Assembly (NCBI GenBank): GCA_964016885.1
Contig: OZ024741.1
Location: 196,106,001-196,170,000 of the forward strand
Reading direction: 5' to 3'
Length of the DNA stretch: 64,000 bases
Source: Eledone cirrhosa
Lineage: Eukaryota
Part shown: piece after piece, positions 1 to 14,656 of the stretch
Position numbering within the stretch: position 1 is the first letter of the stretch
Layout: each line of letters begins with the position of its first letter
Made by a program: the position numbers and the translations under genes
Notes under the pieces: generated by a model
The model's input: the letters and a program-made list of their open reading frames with translations, nothing else
Database searches by the model: none
Told to the model about the DNA's origin: nothing

Positions 1-1070
1 GCGACTGTAAAGTAGTGTACTGTGGACACACGCCTTGTAGACAGCAATCTTGGTGTTTGTAGTTAGTTTCCTGTTCTCCCAGACACTCTTCTTCAGTCTG
101 GCAAATGTGGAGGTTTCTTGTCCAACTCCCCTGCTGATCTTGGGGTCTGAGGAAAGGTTGTCAATGATAGTGGAGTCAAGGAAAATGAATTCGTGGACTA
201 TGTCCAGCTCATAGTTGGTGATGGTGGTGGTGGTGGTGTGTGGGGAGAGGGGGAGTACTTGACACCTTGGCCCAGTACATTGGTTTTCTTCAGACTAATG
301 GTCAGACTGAATTCCTGGCAGGGCCTTGAGAGTTTGTTCATGAGGTGCTGCATTTGCTCCTCAGAATGCACTGCCAATGCTGCATCACCCACAAACAGCA
401 TTTCTCTGATGAGTACCTAATGAACCTTAGATTTCACTTTCAGCCTTGACAGACTTTCAGCCTTGACAGCTTCCCATCTGATCTGGTGTGGAGGTAGACA
501 CCATCAGATGATGTTCCAAATGCTTGTTTTAGCATGACTGCGAAAAGGATGCCAAACAGGGTAGAGCTAGCACACATGTTAAATGCCCCCAAAGAAAAGC
601 CATCAAATTGAATGATACCTTTCATATATGCATGAAACGATTGGACTATCCTAAGAATTCTTGGAGGACAACTAATTCTGGAAAGGATTTTGAACAGGTC
701 ATCTCTACTGACTAGGTCAAATGCCTTTGTTAAGTCGATGAAGGTGATGTAGAGTGGTTGCCTTTGTTTTTAGCACTTCTCCTGTAGCTCTCAAAGGGAG
801 AATATCATGTCGATGGTGGAGCATTCTAACCTGAAACCACACTGAGCAATTTTCTGTAGTCTGTTCAGGACTACACAGCCACAGACCTTCCCAATGATGC
901 TTAGCAAGGAGATGCCTCAGAAGCTATTGCAGTCGCTTCTGTCCTCTTTGTTCTTATTGAGCGTGACAATGTTGCAGTATCTCATGTCTTGCAGAAATGT
1001 TCCATCCTCCCAGCACTGACACAGTAGTTTCAACAAGTGGCTAAATAGCATTCCCTTTGTACACCTATTA
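1..1070 (-). mobile_element. Degraded RTE/BovB-like LINE reverse transcriptase fragment
   Basis: Minus-strand peptides LFVGDAALAVHSEEQMQ...LTISLKKTNVLGQ (decayed LFADD) and TLFGILFAVMLKQAF...GVYLHTRSDGKL, with frameshifts. Confidence 0.8.
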
Positions 1071-1140
1071 CAAACCCAACAATGTCAATTAACAACTGTT
1101 TACGTCAACTAATGCTTAACCTTATACTGAATCATAATAT

Positions 1141-1324
1141 AATTGTTTCTACTTTTGGCACAAGGCCAGCAATTACCCAGTACATTACTGGCACTTTATT
1201 TTATCGACCTCGGAAGGATGAAAGGCAAAGTTAACCTTGGCGGGATTTGAACTCAGATCATACAGGGAGGTAACTCTATGCTTCAAAGCATGGCGCCCAA
1301 CCCTCTACAGATACTGCCAATCCA
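1141..1324 (-). mobile_element. tRNA-derived SINE (family A)
   Basis: A-box-like TGGCAGTATC, B-box GAGTTCAAATCC, central GCCTTTCATCCTT...GTCGATAAAATAAAGT, 3' end GTAGAAACAATT; many copies in the window. Confidence 0.85.
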
Positions 1325-1585
1325 AATATAATAAAGGGAGGAGTGCGGGACTGTGTCCTGAATATATTTTTTTATCCCGTTAGAAAAATAAGTCAGATTA
1401 CTTTGAATAAATAATGAATGAATATTATATATTGTTATACTTTGGGAGGGTCATGTTGCCAATAAGAAACACACGCACCAGTTGCTTTCACTTCAATTTA
1501 TTATAATAAATTTATAATAAATTTATAAATTTATAAATTTCTGGTTGGTTGGTTGCTTCCACAACCAGATAGTTGTTTATATATT

Positions 1586-1628
1586 GTCATAGTTCTTTCG
1601 TCACACACTCTGTGACCTCTTCAGTGAC
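1586..1628 (-). ncRNA. Minimal type I hammerhead ribozyme-like motif (PLE-associated)
   Basis: Minus strand reads GTCA-CTGAAGA-G-GTCACA-GAGTG-TGTGAC-GAAA-GAAC-TA-TGAC: core boxes plus stems I and II and a minimal stem III. Confidence 0.6.
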
Positions 1629-2186
1629 TGGGGATTCCTTTCTTTGTTTTTGTGCCTCTCCTTTGTTCTGTCCTACGCCATTTTGTTTCTGTGTGTGTGT
1701 TGTGTGCTCAGTCTGCGCATGCGCCACATCCGGGTGTCTGTGTGTGTTTATGTTCATTTATTTATTTGTTTATTTACATGTTACTGGTTGGTTGTTTGTT
1801 CTATGTGTGTTTTCATTTTGTCCTTAATTGTAAGTTGTGATGTTGCTGTTCCACTCATATTTTCTATTTAATTTTGGTTGTAATTCTTTTATGTTTATTG
1901 CCTCTGTGATTTGTCTAAACATTGCGTCTTTTCTGTGTGTAGATTCTATTTTTATTTCTATGTTCTCTAATTTACCCTTGTGTTCTATTTTAGCATGTTG
2001 GTAGAGTACAGATGATTCTTTACTATCTTGAAGGTCTCGCCAGTGTTCATTTATCCGTTCCCCTTCACTACGAGCTGTCTCACCTATGTACACTATATTT
2101 TTGTCTCTACATTGTCCTTCAGTACATCTTATGCTATACACTACATTTCTAGTTTTACAGTTAATATGGGGGCTTATTTTACAGGT

Positions 2187-2283
2187 TATACATTTCTTAT
2201 CTATACATTTCTTATCTATACATTTCTTATCTATACATTTCTTATCTATACATTTCTTATCTATACATTTCTTATCTATACAT
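2187..2283. repeat. 15-bp tandem repeat (TATACATTTCTTATC) x about 6
   Basis: Directly visible; encodes repeated IDKKC on the minus strand, in the PLE Cys linker. Confidence 0.9.
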
Positions 2284-3539
2284 CAGGGTATAATATCAAT
2301 ATGCACACTACACATGCTAGCAGAAAACCACCCAAAGGGTGGTTTCTCTGCTAGTCTTTATTAATGTTTATATAGATTATATAATACATTTGTTTAATTA
2401 ATATACTATCTTATTTAACCTTTTTCTTTTGACCTTCATAGGATAAATATATATTAACATAAGCATAAAAGCATATGAATTCAACCATGTCTGTATACTT
2501 CAACTAGCACTTAATTTTATGTTAAATTCATTGTATTATAATAATCTATAGATAGTCTCCCACATTTATTTATTGTAAAATATACTGATACATTATTAAC
2601 AAGATATATTAATTCATTCAATATAATAGACTGTCTTATCTCATTTTACTCCCTTTATGTTTGAATTTAATAAATCATATTTCGTTATAATGTATTTTCT
2701 TAAATACATCACACACTTATATCTCTTTGTCATATATAAAATATTCTTTAGATAAGTGAAATACAGCAGAGCATATTGATACAAACCAGAGCATAGAAGC
2801 ACATATATACTAAATGCTAAACTTGATAGAGGGGATAATGTAAGAATGCAGTAGATGCAGGGCCTGTCCAACCCATGCAAGCATGGAAAAGTTGGTATAA
2901 AAAGATGTTAATGGTGGTGATATAAAATCACCATCATTTAACATCTGTTCACCCTGTTAGTAAGGGCTGGTCATGTCATCATTGACCACAACAGTACTTA
3001 ATCGAAGCTACTGACCTAAAAAATGGACAGGGGTCCACATCTTGTTTACATATGTTCCTGCACTTCTCCCTCTACAGAGTACCCCAAATGTATTTTTGTG
3101 GCACCAGGACTAGGGAGGTTGTCTCTAACACAACTGAAGAGTCCTCACAATCCTTTGTTTGTCAAGTTTTCTATAGTTGGATGCTCTTCCTATCACCAAC
3201 AACTTTACAGAATGCACTGAGTGTGTTTTATTTCATCACCAACACTAAAGAGGTTGTTGTGTCCTTGATGCAACAGAAGAGTCCTCTCAAACTTTTGTTG
3301 GGCATGGTTTCTACTGCTGGATTCCCTTCCTTTCACCAACTCACCTTACAGAATGTACTGGATGCATTTTTCATGGCACCAGCACGAGAGGGGTTGCTAT
3401 TTTCAAAATTAACCAAAGAAAGAAGTTTTAGTACCCACCTTGTGTTCATTCTATTTACGTGAAGGTGATTATATAAAAGGCAAAGAACTATTTTTTTATA
3501 CACATGAACCCTCATCACAATTTCTTTTGATTTTCAACA

Positions 3540-3930
3540 GCAATCACCATTTACTTCTTCCACAAGGCCAAATATTTTTTAAAGATTTGTAGCAGTAGTT
3601 GGATGTTTTTTATGTTCATCATCTTAAGTGCTTCTCTTCCCATTCAAAATAAAGCACGCCATTATTTTACTTTGCCAAACTAAGTGAAGAACTCCAATTT
3701 CAGTTTGAATACCACCTTCCTTGGTGAGAAGTTTGATGACTGCCCTGAACTCAATCTTTAACATTTTGAAAAGTGGGTCAACTTCAGGTTGTTTTAATGA
3801 TGATAAGAATATAACTAAATGCATTTGGTTGATGCAATTCTTCCACTTTACTGTCAAACATTAAAAAAAAAAACAAGGTTTGATGTGTTTCAACCCTCTT
3901 GCTTATACCTTTTGCTGTGAAGCCAAGAAA
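3540..3930 (-). mobile_element. Degraded mariner-like transposon fragment
   Basis: KIEFRAVIKLLTKEG resembles a mariner transposase N-terminus. Confidence 0.4.
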
Positions 3931-3972
3931 TTTTACACCATCATTTGTATATCTGTTATTTTATTCTTATAG

Positions 3973-4103
3973 ACTTTTGTGCTTATATTGCTGACACATC
4001 CTCCAAAGATAGACACATCATTACAGCCAATGAGGGAAGTGCAGTAGGTTTAGCAACAGGCTACCACCTTGCAACAGGAAAGTATAGTTTGGTTTACCTC
4101 CAG
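3973..4103 (+). CDS. aepY: Ppd coding exon A (first in window): (D)[43 protein letters not shown]
   Basis: Acceptor ttattcttatag, donor CAG|gtaaga; contains the conserved Glu (ANEG) of the ThDP PYR domain; starts in phase 1. Confidence 0.92.
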
Positions 4104-7100
4104 GTAAGATAACTTCTTACCATTCGTATGGTCTGAAAGTGTGTTAATAAATGTATGAGAGTTACATTAAACACACTATTAGAATTATTGAGGACTGTAA
4201 GTTGTTAGTTTTAAGTTGAAAACATAGTAAAAACATAGTTTTTTTTTAATAGAAGACCAGCAGTTAGCGATGAAGCAAGTCTCTCCTCTCCATGTCACTG
4301 ATGTTGTCCAAGGGAAAGACGATAATCATTATTTTTTCATGCTAGCATTATACTCTGAGCAAGTGAGAGAGAGACAAAGAAAGTGATAGTTACATGTTAG
4401 TTGTTGGTAGTTGGTGAGTGGTGATATTAGGGTAGGCGAGAGAGAGAGAGAGTGAGTGATAGCTACATGCTAGTTGTTAGTAGTTGATAAATGGTTGAAA
4501 AGAAAATGGAATGAGTAATGTGATGGATTGCAATAGAGACTGGTGATGGTAAATGAAAGTGGTAAATGTCAGCTGTGTCATATGGGATCGAGAGAATGAT
4601 GATTAGTGTTAAAGGGGGGACAGTAGTGGATATGGATAGATCTGATGTCATTCCTTATTACACAGGTGTTATGATGGAGGAGATATAGAACGATAGATAG
4701 ATGATAGTGGGGAAAATAGAGTGGTAAGGATAATGAGTGGTGGCAGATAGATCAAACGCTTTCCATCGTTACCCAGACCACATGGTACAATAGATAGAGG
4801 ATAGAGGGTGATAGAAGAGAAGAGAGAGTAATGAATAAAACAGTAGATGGTGACTTAGTAATTGTTTCTACTTTGGCACAAGGCCAGCAATTATCCCAGG
4901 AATTACTGGTACTTTATTTTATCGATCTTGAAAGGATGAAAGGCAAAGTTAACCTCGGCGGGATTTGAACTCTGAGAGCAGAGAGCAGGAACAAATACCG
5001 TAAAACATTCTATCTGACGTTCTAACAACTCTGCCAATTCGCCATCTATTGTTTATGCTCAAATAGGTTGAATGAGTCTATGGTAAGGCAGCTTTGAAGT
5101 CACTATTTAATCCCATGCACATATTCATATATACCCCACAATAAAGTCTTCCCTAAGCTTCACTATATAAAACACAGAGAAAACCATATAATAAACTTTT
5201 GTACTTCCAACAATGGCATATGGGCCTCTACCAGAGATATATAAATCACATACTAGATTAGCCATTTTAAATGGTACTGATCTTATGAACATTTGATTGA
5301 ATTAGAAGTCATAATAAATGAAATATTAAACTCAGTACATGTAAGTTATTCCTTAATGGTTTTGTCTTCTGCTTGTATGTGGTGCATATATCTTATGAAG
5401 TGTAATGGTTTGTTGATGCCACAGCAGAGATGAGCATTTGTAGATACCTTAAATTATGAAAATCGATCGATATTGTAACAATATGGAGTGACTGGTAGTA
5501 AAATTCTCACTTGTTTTATTGATAACTTGTTAGTCACTTAGTGTGAGTAGGATAGTCTATTCTACTTAAGGATAATAATTTGATACTGAAAAATATCAAC
5601 AGGACTGCTGATAGGACTCAAACCATGAATCTGTCGAGTGTTATAAAATGGACACATTAAAAAAGTCCATTTGTCTTCCATCAACAAATTCTCCCCCTCA
5701 CTCTCTTTTAACTATGTATAAATCAGAGTTTATGCTTGCATTTTAGATACAGTTTTGCATACATTAAGAACTTCCCAGAAATTCTGGCCTTATGATAACA
5801 AGTTATAAAAAGGGACTAAAACTTTAGATTAGTAGGTAAAATATCCATTTTACTCTTGATTCCAAGATCTTCTGAATCATGTAATAGCAGATTCATCCTA
5901 TCAATGATTCCTTGTGCTAAATATATCCTTTTAGATACTAAGATTCATGTGTCTTTGATACAAATAATTATCCTCTAACAAGGTATTTATACTTTGGTTT
6001 TCCATACATTGACATTATATAAACATGTATACATTACATTAATTTATTTACTCTGTAATTAATGCTGGATCAAATATATATGTTAGTTTTTTCCTTATGT
6101 AGGATAAATAAAAAATGGTAGATTTTTTATTATATACAGGTTTCCTTGTCATTTAATAAACCATATTAAGGTTTTCTAAATTGTTTTTGCACACATTTAT
6201 CACCCCACATCTATTGCTTGTTAGTGGCTTTGTTGTTGATTTATATTACAAAGCATTTGTCATTCCCTCTTCTAAAACTAAGTAAATTTTACTTTAGATG
6301 TTCTACTAATGTTCAACAAAGCAAGGTGTCCAACTTTGCAATGATAATATGAAAAAAAAATCCATGATGTTAAACACTTGTAAAGATAAAATAGTAGATG
6401 AACAGCAACAACAAGAAAAATATTTGTGTTCCTAATTTCAGAAATGTAAGATATTTGTAGTGTAGAAATAACCATCTAGAAAGTGATAAATAAATGTTTT
6501 GAACTCCATAAATAACCTGTTCTTTTCTTGTCTCAAGTCAGTGCATTTGATGTCTAATACTGTTTGACCTTATTTTCAGTCATTGTTAAAATATAAATAT
6601 AAAATCGAAACAAGAAATTATAACAAAAAACTATAGGAAAGATGTGGACAAGATTTTCTAAAAGTTGAATGTGTGTAAATTGGAGCATTTACATAAATAT
6701 TTTTTCTATTGTTTATCTTTCTGATCTAGAATTCTGGTCTTGGGAATATAGTGAATCCATTGATGTCCCTGGCTTCACTTAGTGTTTATAGCATTCCAAT
6801 GTTACTTTTAGTTGGATGGCGAGGTGAACCTGGCAAACGAGATGAACCACAGCATCTAGTTCAAGGACATGCTACACCTGGCCTTTTAGGTTTGTTCTAC
6901 TTTAATTTTTTTTTTTTATTATAAAATCACATTATGATTATTATTATCCCTCTCCAAATTCCTCAAGCAATTCTGCCTACTTTTAAAGGACAGTGGGTTG
7001 GTAGAATCATTAGAGAGTCAGAAAAAATACCATACAACATTTGTTCTGGTTCTTTACATTCTGAGTTCAAATCCTGCCAACGTCCACTTTACCTTTCATC

Positions 7101-10100
7101 CTTCTGAGGTTGATAAAATAAAGTACCACTCAAGATCTGGTATCAACTTTCCTTTCTTCCAAATTGCTGGCCTTGAGCCAATGTTTGAAAGAATTATTAC
7201 TTGTTGAGCAGTGAATTATCAGAGCTGTTAGAACATCAGGTAGAATGCTTTGCAGTATCCGTTCTAGCTGATTGTGTTTTGAGTTCAAATTCCGCCAAGG
7301 TCAATTTTGTCTTTCATCCTTCTAAGGTCGATAAAATAGTATCACTCAACTACTGGGATTGATATAATCAACTACCCACCTCCAAATTGTTGCCTTGTGC
7401 CTAAATTAGAAATCATTTGGATTGGCAGTATCGGTAGAGGGTCGGACGCCATGCTTTCCAGCATAGTTACGTCCCTTTACGATCTGAGTTCAAATCCCGC
7501 CGAGGTTAACTTTGCCTTTCATCCTTACGGGGTCGATAAAATAAAGTACCGGTAATGCACTATGTAATTGCTGGCCTTGTGCCTAAAGTAGAAACAATTA
7601 TTATTTGTTTTCTGATTTCCATTACACACACAGATATAAGCAATATATATATAGTTATGCTTACTCTCAGGTCCCAAATAATAGTGGGGTGGAATAAACA
7701 GGGAGTTGGAATAAGTGGGGTGGGGTAGGAGGAATCAGTATTTTTCTAGGTTGTCTCCATTGATTTTTGAAAAACCACAATTAGTCAGTTAGTTTACATA
7801 TTGAGACCCCAACCCATCCTATTTATTTTGTCTCATATGAGATTTTCTGTAATGTTCTTTTTTGTCATGTATAATGTTTTTTAATGTACAAAGAAAATTA
7901 ATTGTTGTAGGAATGCTACCACTTAAAATAAAATTTTGGTGGAGATAGATTAGCAAAATTTAAAAAGCTAAATGGATGGGTGGAGGGAATAAGAGCGAGG
8001 GGGGGGGGGGGGGTTATTCAAGATCTGAGAGTATTCAAATATGTTTTTATGACTAATCTCAAAGTTTGTTGTAAGAGGTTTATCTTTGATCTCAGTTCCA
8101 GTTGCAAGGTTTTGATAAATGATGTAGTCATAAACTACTGATACTTCAGCAGTTTATCTCCTTACTTCTTTAGCCACTAGCCATGTACCTGATTTAGCTA
8201 TACCACATACAATAAACATATACAGTTTTGTCATTGTTGAAGTTACATCGTTTTTTTTTATATTTGTATGCCAAAAATAAACCTCATGTTACGTAGACTG
8301 ACTCGACTTTACGACTTTACGTTGGTCAACCAAAAATATTAAACTATAAAAACACTAAATACAACAAAACATACATAAATGATAGTGTAGTGTACTGTAT
8401 ACTGTATGTATGTTAAAGTACAGCACTGGGGAATGCCTATTAGCAGTTTATCATCATCATCATCATCTCTGTTTAACGTCCATTTTTCCTCGTTTATAGG
8501 GGGTTAATTCAACATTTGTTGCTTTTCAACTTAAGTTTTGACTTCTGGAACCAATTAATGATGTAGAGTGAGGTATACTTGTATAAAGAAATCAATAAGA
8601 GTACAAATTATATGGCAATACCTGCTTAACCCTCTTGATACCAGCGCATCCAAAATTGCCTCTGTTGCTTTGAAACAAAATCACCCATTTTAAAGGGTTC
8701 CTGCTTAAATACAAATCTTCTTTCAGAATTTTAAATAAGAATATATTGTTTACAAATATAATTTTAATGTAATTATAATTTTAGTAATGAAAGAGAATAG
8801 CTTTTTAAAACATCTTTTTCCATTAAAGATTATGTAGATACTTTAACTACCAGCTCACCAGAAGTTGTTTATGGCTTAATACTAATCCTCTGACTAAAAA
8901 TTTCACTTAAATTTCAATGCAATATGATACCTACTTTTAACATAATTTTATCACAGAAAGGCATCATGCAGCTGTGGCACGAAAGTTGTCTTGTTTTTGC
9001 TGGAGATGTCACAAGTGAGTGGCTTAAAAATAGAGCTTAGGGACTGTCTAACATATTGTTATCATCATTTAATATCTGTTTTCCCTACTAGCAAGGGCTG
9101 GACATGTCATCATCCACTGGTCAGTACTCAGTGTCACCAGCTTCCAGATGGGCTAGTGAGATACATTCCTGTACTCTATTGATTGCTCTAATTGACACGG
9201 GGCCTGATATAGTATCCAAAGCTTTACTGAGTGCATTTTATCATGGCATCAACTCTAAGGAGGATCTCATGTGTTTGATACAGCTGAAGAGTCCTCATGA
9301 CCCTTTGTTTGGCATGTTTTCTATAGCTAGTTACCTACCCTTCCCATCCCCAACAATCTTAATTTATACCAATGTATAGATCACCTATGGTTATTGAAGA
9401 AGAAGGGAAAGAAGAAAACAAGATAAGGAGAAAAGAAAGAATAATTAAAATAACAAAAAGGAAGAGATTGTGAAGATAAAGGAAGAAAATAAAAAGAAAC
9501 ACAGGAAGAAAAAAAGGAAGATGGGGAGGATTAGAATGCTGTAGATTACAGTATTAGTTGATGTAAATACAATTCATCTTAGAAATGTGATCTTTAGTAA
9601 TAAGTTAGTGCAACAAGTGCTTTTATATGAATTGTATAGTGAACGGGTATTTATATAAACCAAACTGTCTTAAGAAAGACTTAGCAATGCAAATGTATTC
9701 ACCTGAATTTCCACATTAATTAATGAACCAATATTAGCATAAGCCTACTGCTTCTTTTTTCTCTGTTATAAAAATGTATGTACAGACAGTATTGTTAGAT
9801 ACAATTATGTTTGAGAGTGTTTGGGTGTGCCATTGAACAGATTATATTATGTGAAGAGTGCTATAATATAAGGCATAAGATTCTAGTGAACTGGACTAAA
9901 CCAGTTTGATTGAATCATCACCACCACCACCACCACCACCATCACCACCATCACCACCACCACCACCATCATCATCATCCCTGCTAGTAACAACTGGATG
10001 GGTTTTCACAGACCTAGTCAATACTCAAGAAGCGCTATTGATTTCTCACATACTAATAGGCAGACCTAGAAAAACCTGGGACGAGCTGATAAACTCCGAC

Positions 10101-13100
10101 ATCACACACTTACACCTCTCCAAGACAATGTCACTGGACCGAGACCTTTGGCGGTACTCAGTAACAGAGAAGACCCGCCTTACCTAAATATATAGTAAAA
10201 CCTACTCCAGCCAGTAGGCATCTCTAACAAAATACACCCCGTCCCACCACCCCCACCCCCACCCCATCCACACCACCCCGCTCTATGTAAAGTTATGTTG
10301 GTGCCGCGCCATCCAGGCCGAAACAAATGAGATCGTGTAGGTGTCACGACAAAAAAACACACAGTCCACTTTGTAATGTGGCCGTGTAGGCAACATGGTA
10401 AAAACCTCCCAGACCCACACTGTAAATGTGGTTGGTGTTAGGAAGGGCATCCAACTGTAGAAAACCTGCCAGACAGTCCTATGCGAGCAAGACAATCACT
10501 CTTGCCTCAAGTGGGACTACCCCCGTCCAAACCCATGCAAGCGTGGAACACGGACGTTAAACGTTGATGATGATGATGATGATGATGATACATTCATGCA
10601 CCTTACCAAATGCATTGTATTGTGATATCAGCACTAGGGAGGTGGCCATGTCTTGATACAGCTGAAGAATCCTTCTAGTTCCTATTGATAAATATTTCAT
10701 TTACTCTGCTAATACTCTTTGGAAAGGCAAGTACAACTCCTATAAGAACAATACTTGAATCAATAAGGTTGTTTACTTGCTGTGTGTATGGAATATATAC
10801 ATTGCTTCTTATTCCTACTTGTATATCTATGAATCGAGTTGGGGAATTAACTGGGATTTTATTTACGCTATCTTGGAGACTAAAATGGAGAACTAATCAT
10901 CATAATTATCATTATTATGCACTGGGATAATTGTTGGCCTTGTGCCAAAAGTAGAAACAAGGGGTCGATAAAATATAGTACCAGTAATGCACTGGGTATT
11001 TGATGGCCTTGTGCCTAAAGTAGAAACAATTATTATCATCATCATGAACAGGTTGCCATGGTCCAAGTCAAGATGGCTCAGAGCAGCCAGCTTTGTTTGT
11101 TACCTTCTATATTTAGCGTGGTTTCTATGATTCAATGCCTTTCCTAACACCAACTACTTTTAGGGCATACTGGGTATGTTTTTTAAGACCAGCACAGGTG
11201 TGTTTTTTATTACACCAGCACTATCACTTTACATGGGAAACTGGGTGTATTTTATATTGTTTATCACTCAAATCGATTGACAAGATCCCAGACGTCACTC
11301 GCTTACCGAGTGGAATGGAACTTGTCAAACTGGACCAAGGAAACAATGTTACCATTGGTCTTTCCATTGCTGATACTCTCTATTGGTCACAGCTCCTAGT
11401 AGAAAGAGCAATGTGAAATAAGTGCCTTGCTCAAGGACATAAGGCATCACTCAGTCGCTAACCACTAAGCCACATGCCTTCACTAAATATTTCCTAATTT
11501 CATGTGTATATGTCACAGTTAAGATGCCATCTATGTGACTGGTCTATATGATGGGTTTCAATAAGACTTCAATTTTTTTTTTACATAGACTGTATGCAGA
11601 TGATCTAACCCTTATAGCTGAATCTATGGCAGAATTAAAGAAGAAATTCCCAACCTGGAAGCATGTGTGAGTGTGTGTGTGTGTGTGTGTGAGAGAGTGA
11701 GTGAGTACTATTTCTATTTAATGAATCTGTTTCATTAATAAAATCACAGTGAATTGACAGAGTTGCTAGAATGTCAGACAGAATGCTTTCCAGTATTCAC
11801 CCCAGCTCTATGAGTTCAAAACCTGCTGAGGTCAACTTTACTTTTCGTCTTTTTGTGGTCGATAAGTACCAGTCCAGTACTGGGGTCAATTCCTCCTCTA
11901 TATCTCTTTCTCACTTTCTCTCTCTCCTTCTCTGTAAGAATATTGCTGTTTAGACCAGTAGAGGGATAGGCTCCACCAAGTTTAAAATATCCAAGACGTG
12001 CCATATGTCACTATGGCACCCCTACAATTCCATCAGGAGTTATGGGTCATTCATATATACATGTTTCCTTAATATATATGTGTGTGTTGAAGCCAAATGT
12101 TTGCAATGTCTGAATAAAACAGTTTCTTAATCCATTCAATAATTCTATGCTAGATTGTTCATAGCTTCAGTAGAATCTGTTTTGCTTTATGGAGCAGAAA
12201 CATAAACACTTATAAAAGCTTTAAAGAAATAGTTAAATGGATGTTACACCAGAATAGTGAGAATGGCACTCAATGTGTCATGGAGAAGCCTTGTAACAGA
12301 TGCTGAACTTTATGATGATCTTCCTAAAGTTTCATTAAAAGTTCAATAAAGAAGGGTGTGGCTCACACTCCACTGCTTCAGACAGAATGGTGAGGTGGCA
12401 AACAACTGAGGGAAGAAGCTGTAAAGGAAGAAGAAAGATCACCTTCGTGAACACTCTACTAGAAGACATAGAGACGGTAGAGGAGCTCAAGACCATCATG
12501 AATGACAGTGGTGAATAGAAGTGATATGTGGAATCAATGGGATGTTCCATTCAATGACCGAGGTTAGGATAGGATAGGAATTCTGTTCTAGTTTGTCTTT
12601 TAAACATTGAACACTACCAATCACCAATTGGTGCCGCAAGAAATCTACCCAGCACACTCTGTAAGGTGGTTGATGTTAGGAATGACAGAGAATCATAGAA
12701 ACCACACTAAATATTGAAGGTAATAAACAAGGCTGGTTGCTCTGAGCCATGTAGTCTCAGACTGTGGTAACCTGTCCAACCTCTGCCAGTGTGAATAGGG
12801 GTTGTAAATTGATGATGATGATAATAATGATAATGATGATGATTAGTTCTCCATTTTAGGCTCCAAAATAGCTTAAATAAAAATTCAGGTGAATCCACAA
12901 GTGAATCCACATAGATATACATGTAGGAATAAGAAGTAATGTATATGTTACATACGAGGTACATTCCAGAAGTCTTCAGGCTTTTTCAGGAGAGACATTT
13001 ATTAATTTGAAAGAAGTACAGAACTCTAATTTCCTTCAAAGCATGATCCTCTCACTTCAATACACTTTGTGAGGGCCCTTTAGAAGTCCTCCTAAGTGAA

Positions 13101-14624
13101 GGTATCCAGAACCCATGTCTCAGCCTCTTTCATCTTCTCTGTCTTCAAAAGGATTGCTCCTGATGTTCTTCTTCTCTGTCTTCAAAAGGATTGCTCCTGA
13201 TGTTCTTCCGCTTGGGGAACAACCAAAAGTCACAGGTAGCAAGGTCTGGACTTTATAATTAGAAATATGTTTTGATAAGGATCTGAGACCTGTTTTTCTT
13301 TGTGTTTTTGTGCAAATAAAACATAATATATGCAGCAGGGATTGAATTGAAAGAACCTAGTAATTTGGTCTCACCCCATTATTTTATTTGTTTATACGAT
13401 CTGAGTTCAAATCCCGCCGAGGTTGACTTTGCCTTTCATCCTTACGGGGTCGATAAAATAAAGTACCAGTAAGGCACTGGGTAATTGCTGGCCTTGTGCC
13501 TAAAGTAGAAACAATTATTTTATTTGTTTAGATTGATAATGATTTCTTAGGCAGAAGAGAATAAATGAAATCATCCACTGTTTCTCTTTCCTATTTTATC
13601 TTTTAGTTACATCATCATCATCATCATCATCACCCTTTAACATCTATTTTCCATGCTTTCATGGGTTAGATGGGCTGTCAAGTTATGTGGCTAGACCGGT
13701 CAGGTGACCACTTCTTGCTCACTTTTTGCTTGGTTTTCTATAGGTGGATGCCCTTCCAACAACTTTACAGCATGTACTGGAGGATTTTGTTGCGAAACCA
13801 GCATGACCATGTTACAGGGTGGACTGGGTGATTTTTTTGTCATGGCATTAACATGACAACCTTACAGGGTAGACTGGGTGTTTTTTTTTTTATCATGGCA
13901 TTAGCATGAGAACTTGATAGGATGGACTGGGTTTTTTTTTTTTTTTTGTGGCACCAGCATGACCACGTTACAGGGTTGACTGGATGTTTTTTGTCATGGC
14001 ACCAGCATGACCACCATACATGGTGGACTGGGTGCGTTTTGTCATGATATGAGCATGACTAACATATTACATCAAACAATTGCAGTCTAGAATTAAAACT
14101 AGATTACGAGTTTGCTAAAGGGTTCTCCCTAAAAACGAAAGGCAGGTTGTATGGTGCCTGCATACGAACTGCAATGTTCGTATGCAGGCAGTGAGACCTG
14201 GGCATTGTGTGCAGAGGATATACGCAGACTAGAGAGGAACGAAGCTTGCATGCTTCGCTGGATGTGTAATAGTAATATACGTGAACGGCAAAGCATAAAC
14301 GAACTAAAGAAAAAATTAGAAATAAGAGGGATCAGATGTTGTTTACTCGAGAGAAGGCTACGTTGGTATGGACACGTGATGCGCATGAAAGTCGATAGCT
14401 GTATAACAAAGTGCAGGGCAATAAAGATAGACGGTAGCCACGGAATAGGCAGACCTAGAAAAACCTGGGACGAGCTGATAAACTCCGACCTCACACACTT
14501 ACACCTCTCCAAGACAATGTCACTGGACCGAGACCTTTGGCGGTACTCAGTAATAGAGAAGACCCGCCTTACCTAAATACATAGTAAAATCTACTACAGC
14601 CAGTAGGCATCTCTAACAAAATAC

Positions 14625-14656
<32 letters not shown>

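Larger units (their letters stand above)
1428..2290 (-). mobile_element. Penelope-like element fragment (GIY-YIG endonuclease plus 3' pLTR)
   Basis: ORF 1824-2141 VYSIRC...YIGETAR...RINEH...EAINI...PKLN is a GIY-YIG domain preceded by a Cys linker; the downstream region carries a hammerhead-like motif. Confidence 0.8.

Noticed and set aside
1070-3972. First Ppd coding exon (expected GVPDSLLK)
   Set aside because: No such motif was found by eye; the acceptor-like site near 2441 leads to stops. It is presumably upstream of the window.
7419-7505. tRNA genes at SINE heads
   Set aside because: A/B boxes are present, but there is no complete cloverleaf and each continues into the SINE body and tail.
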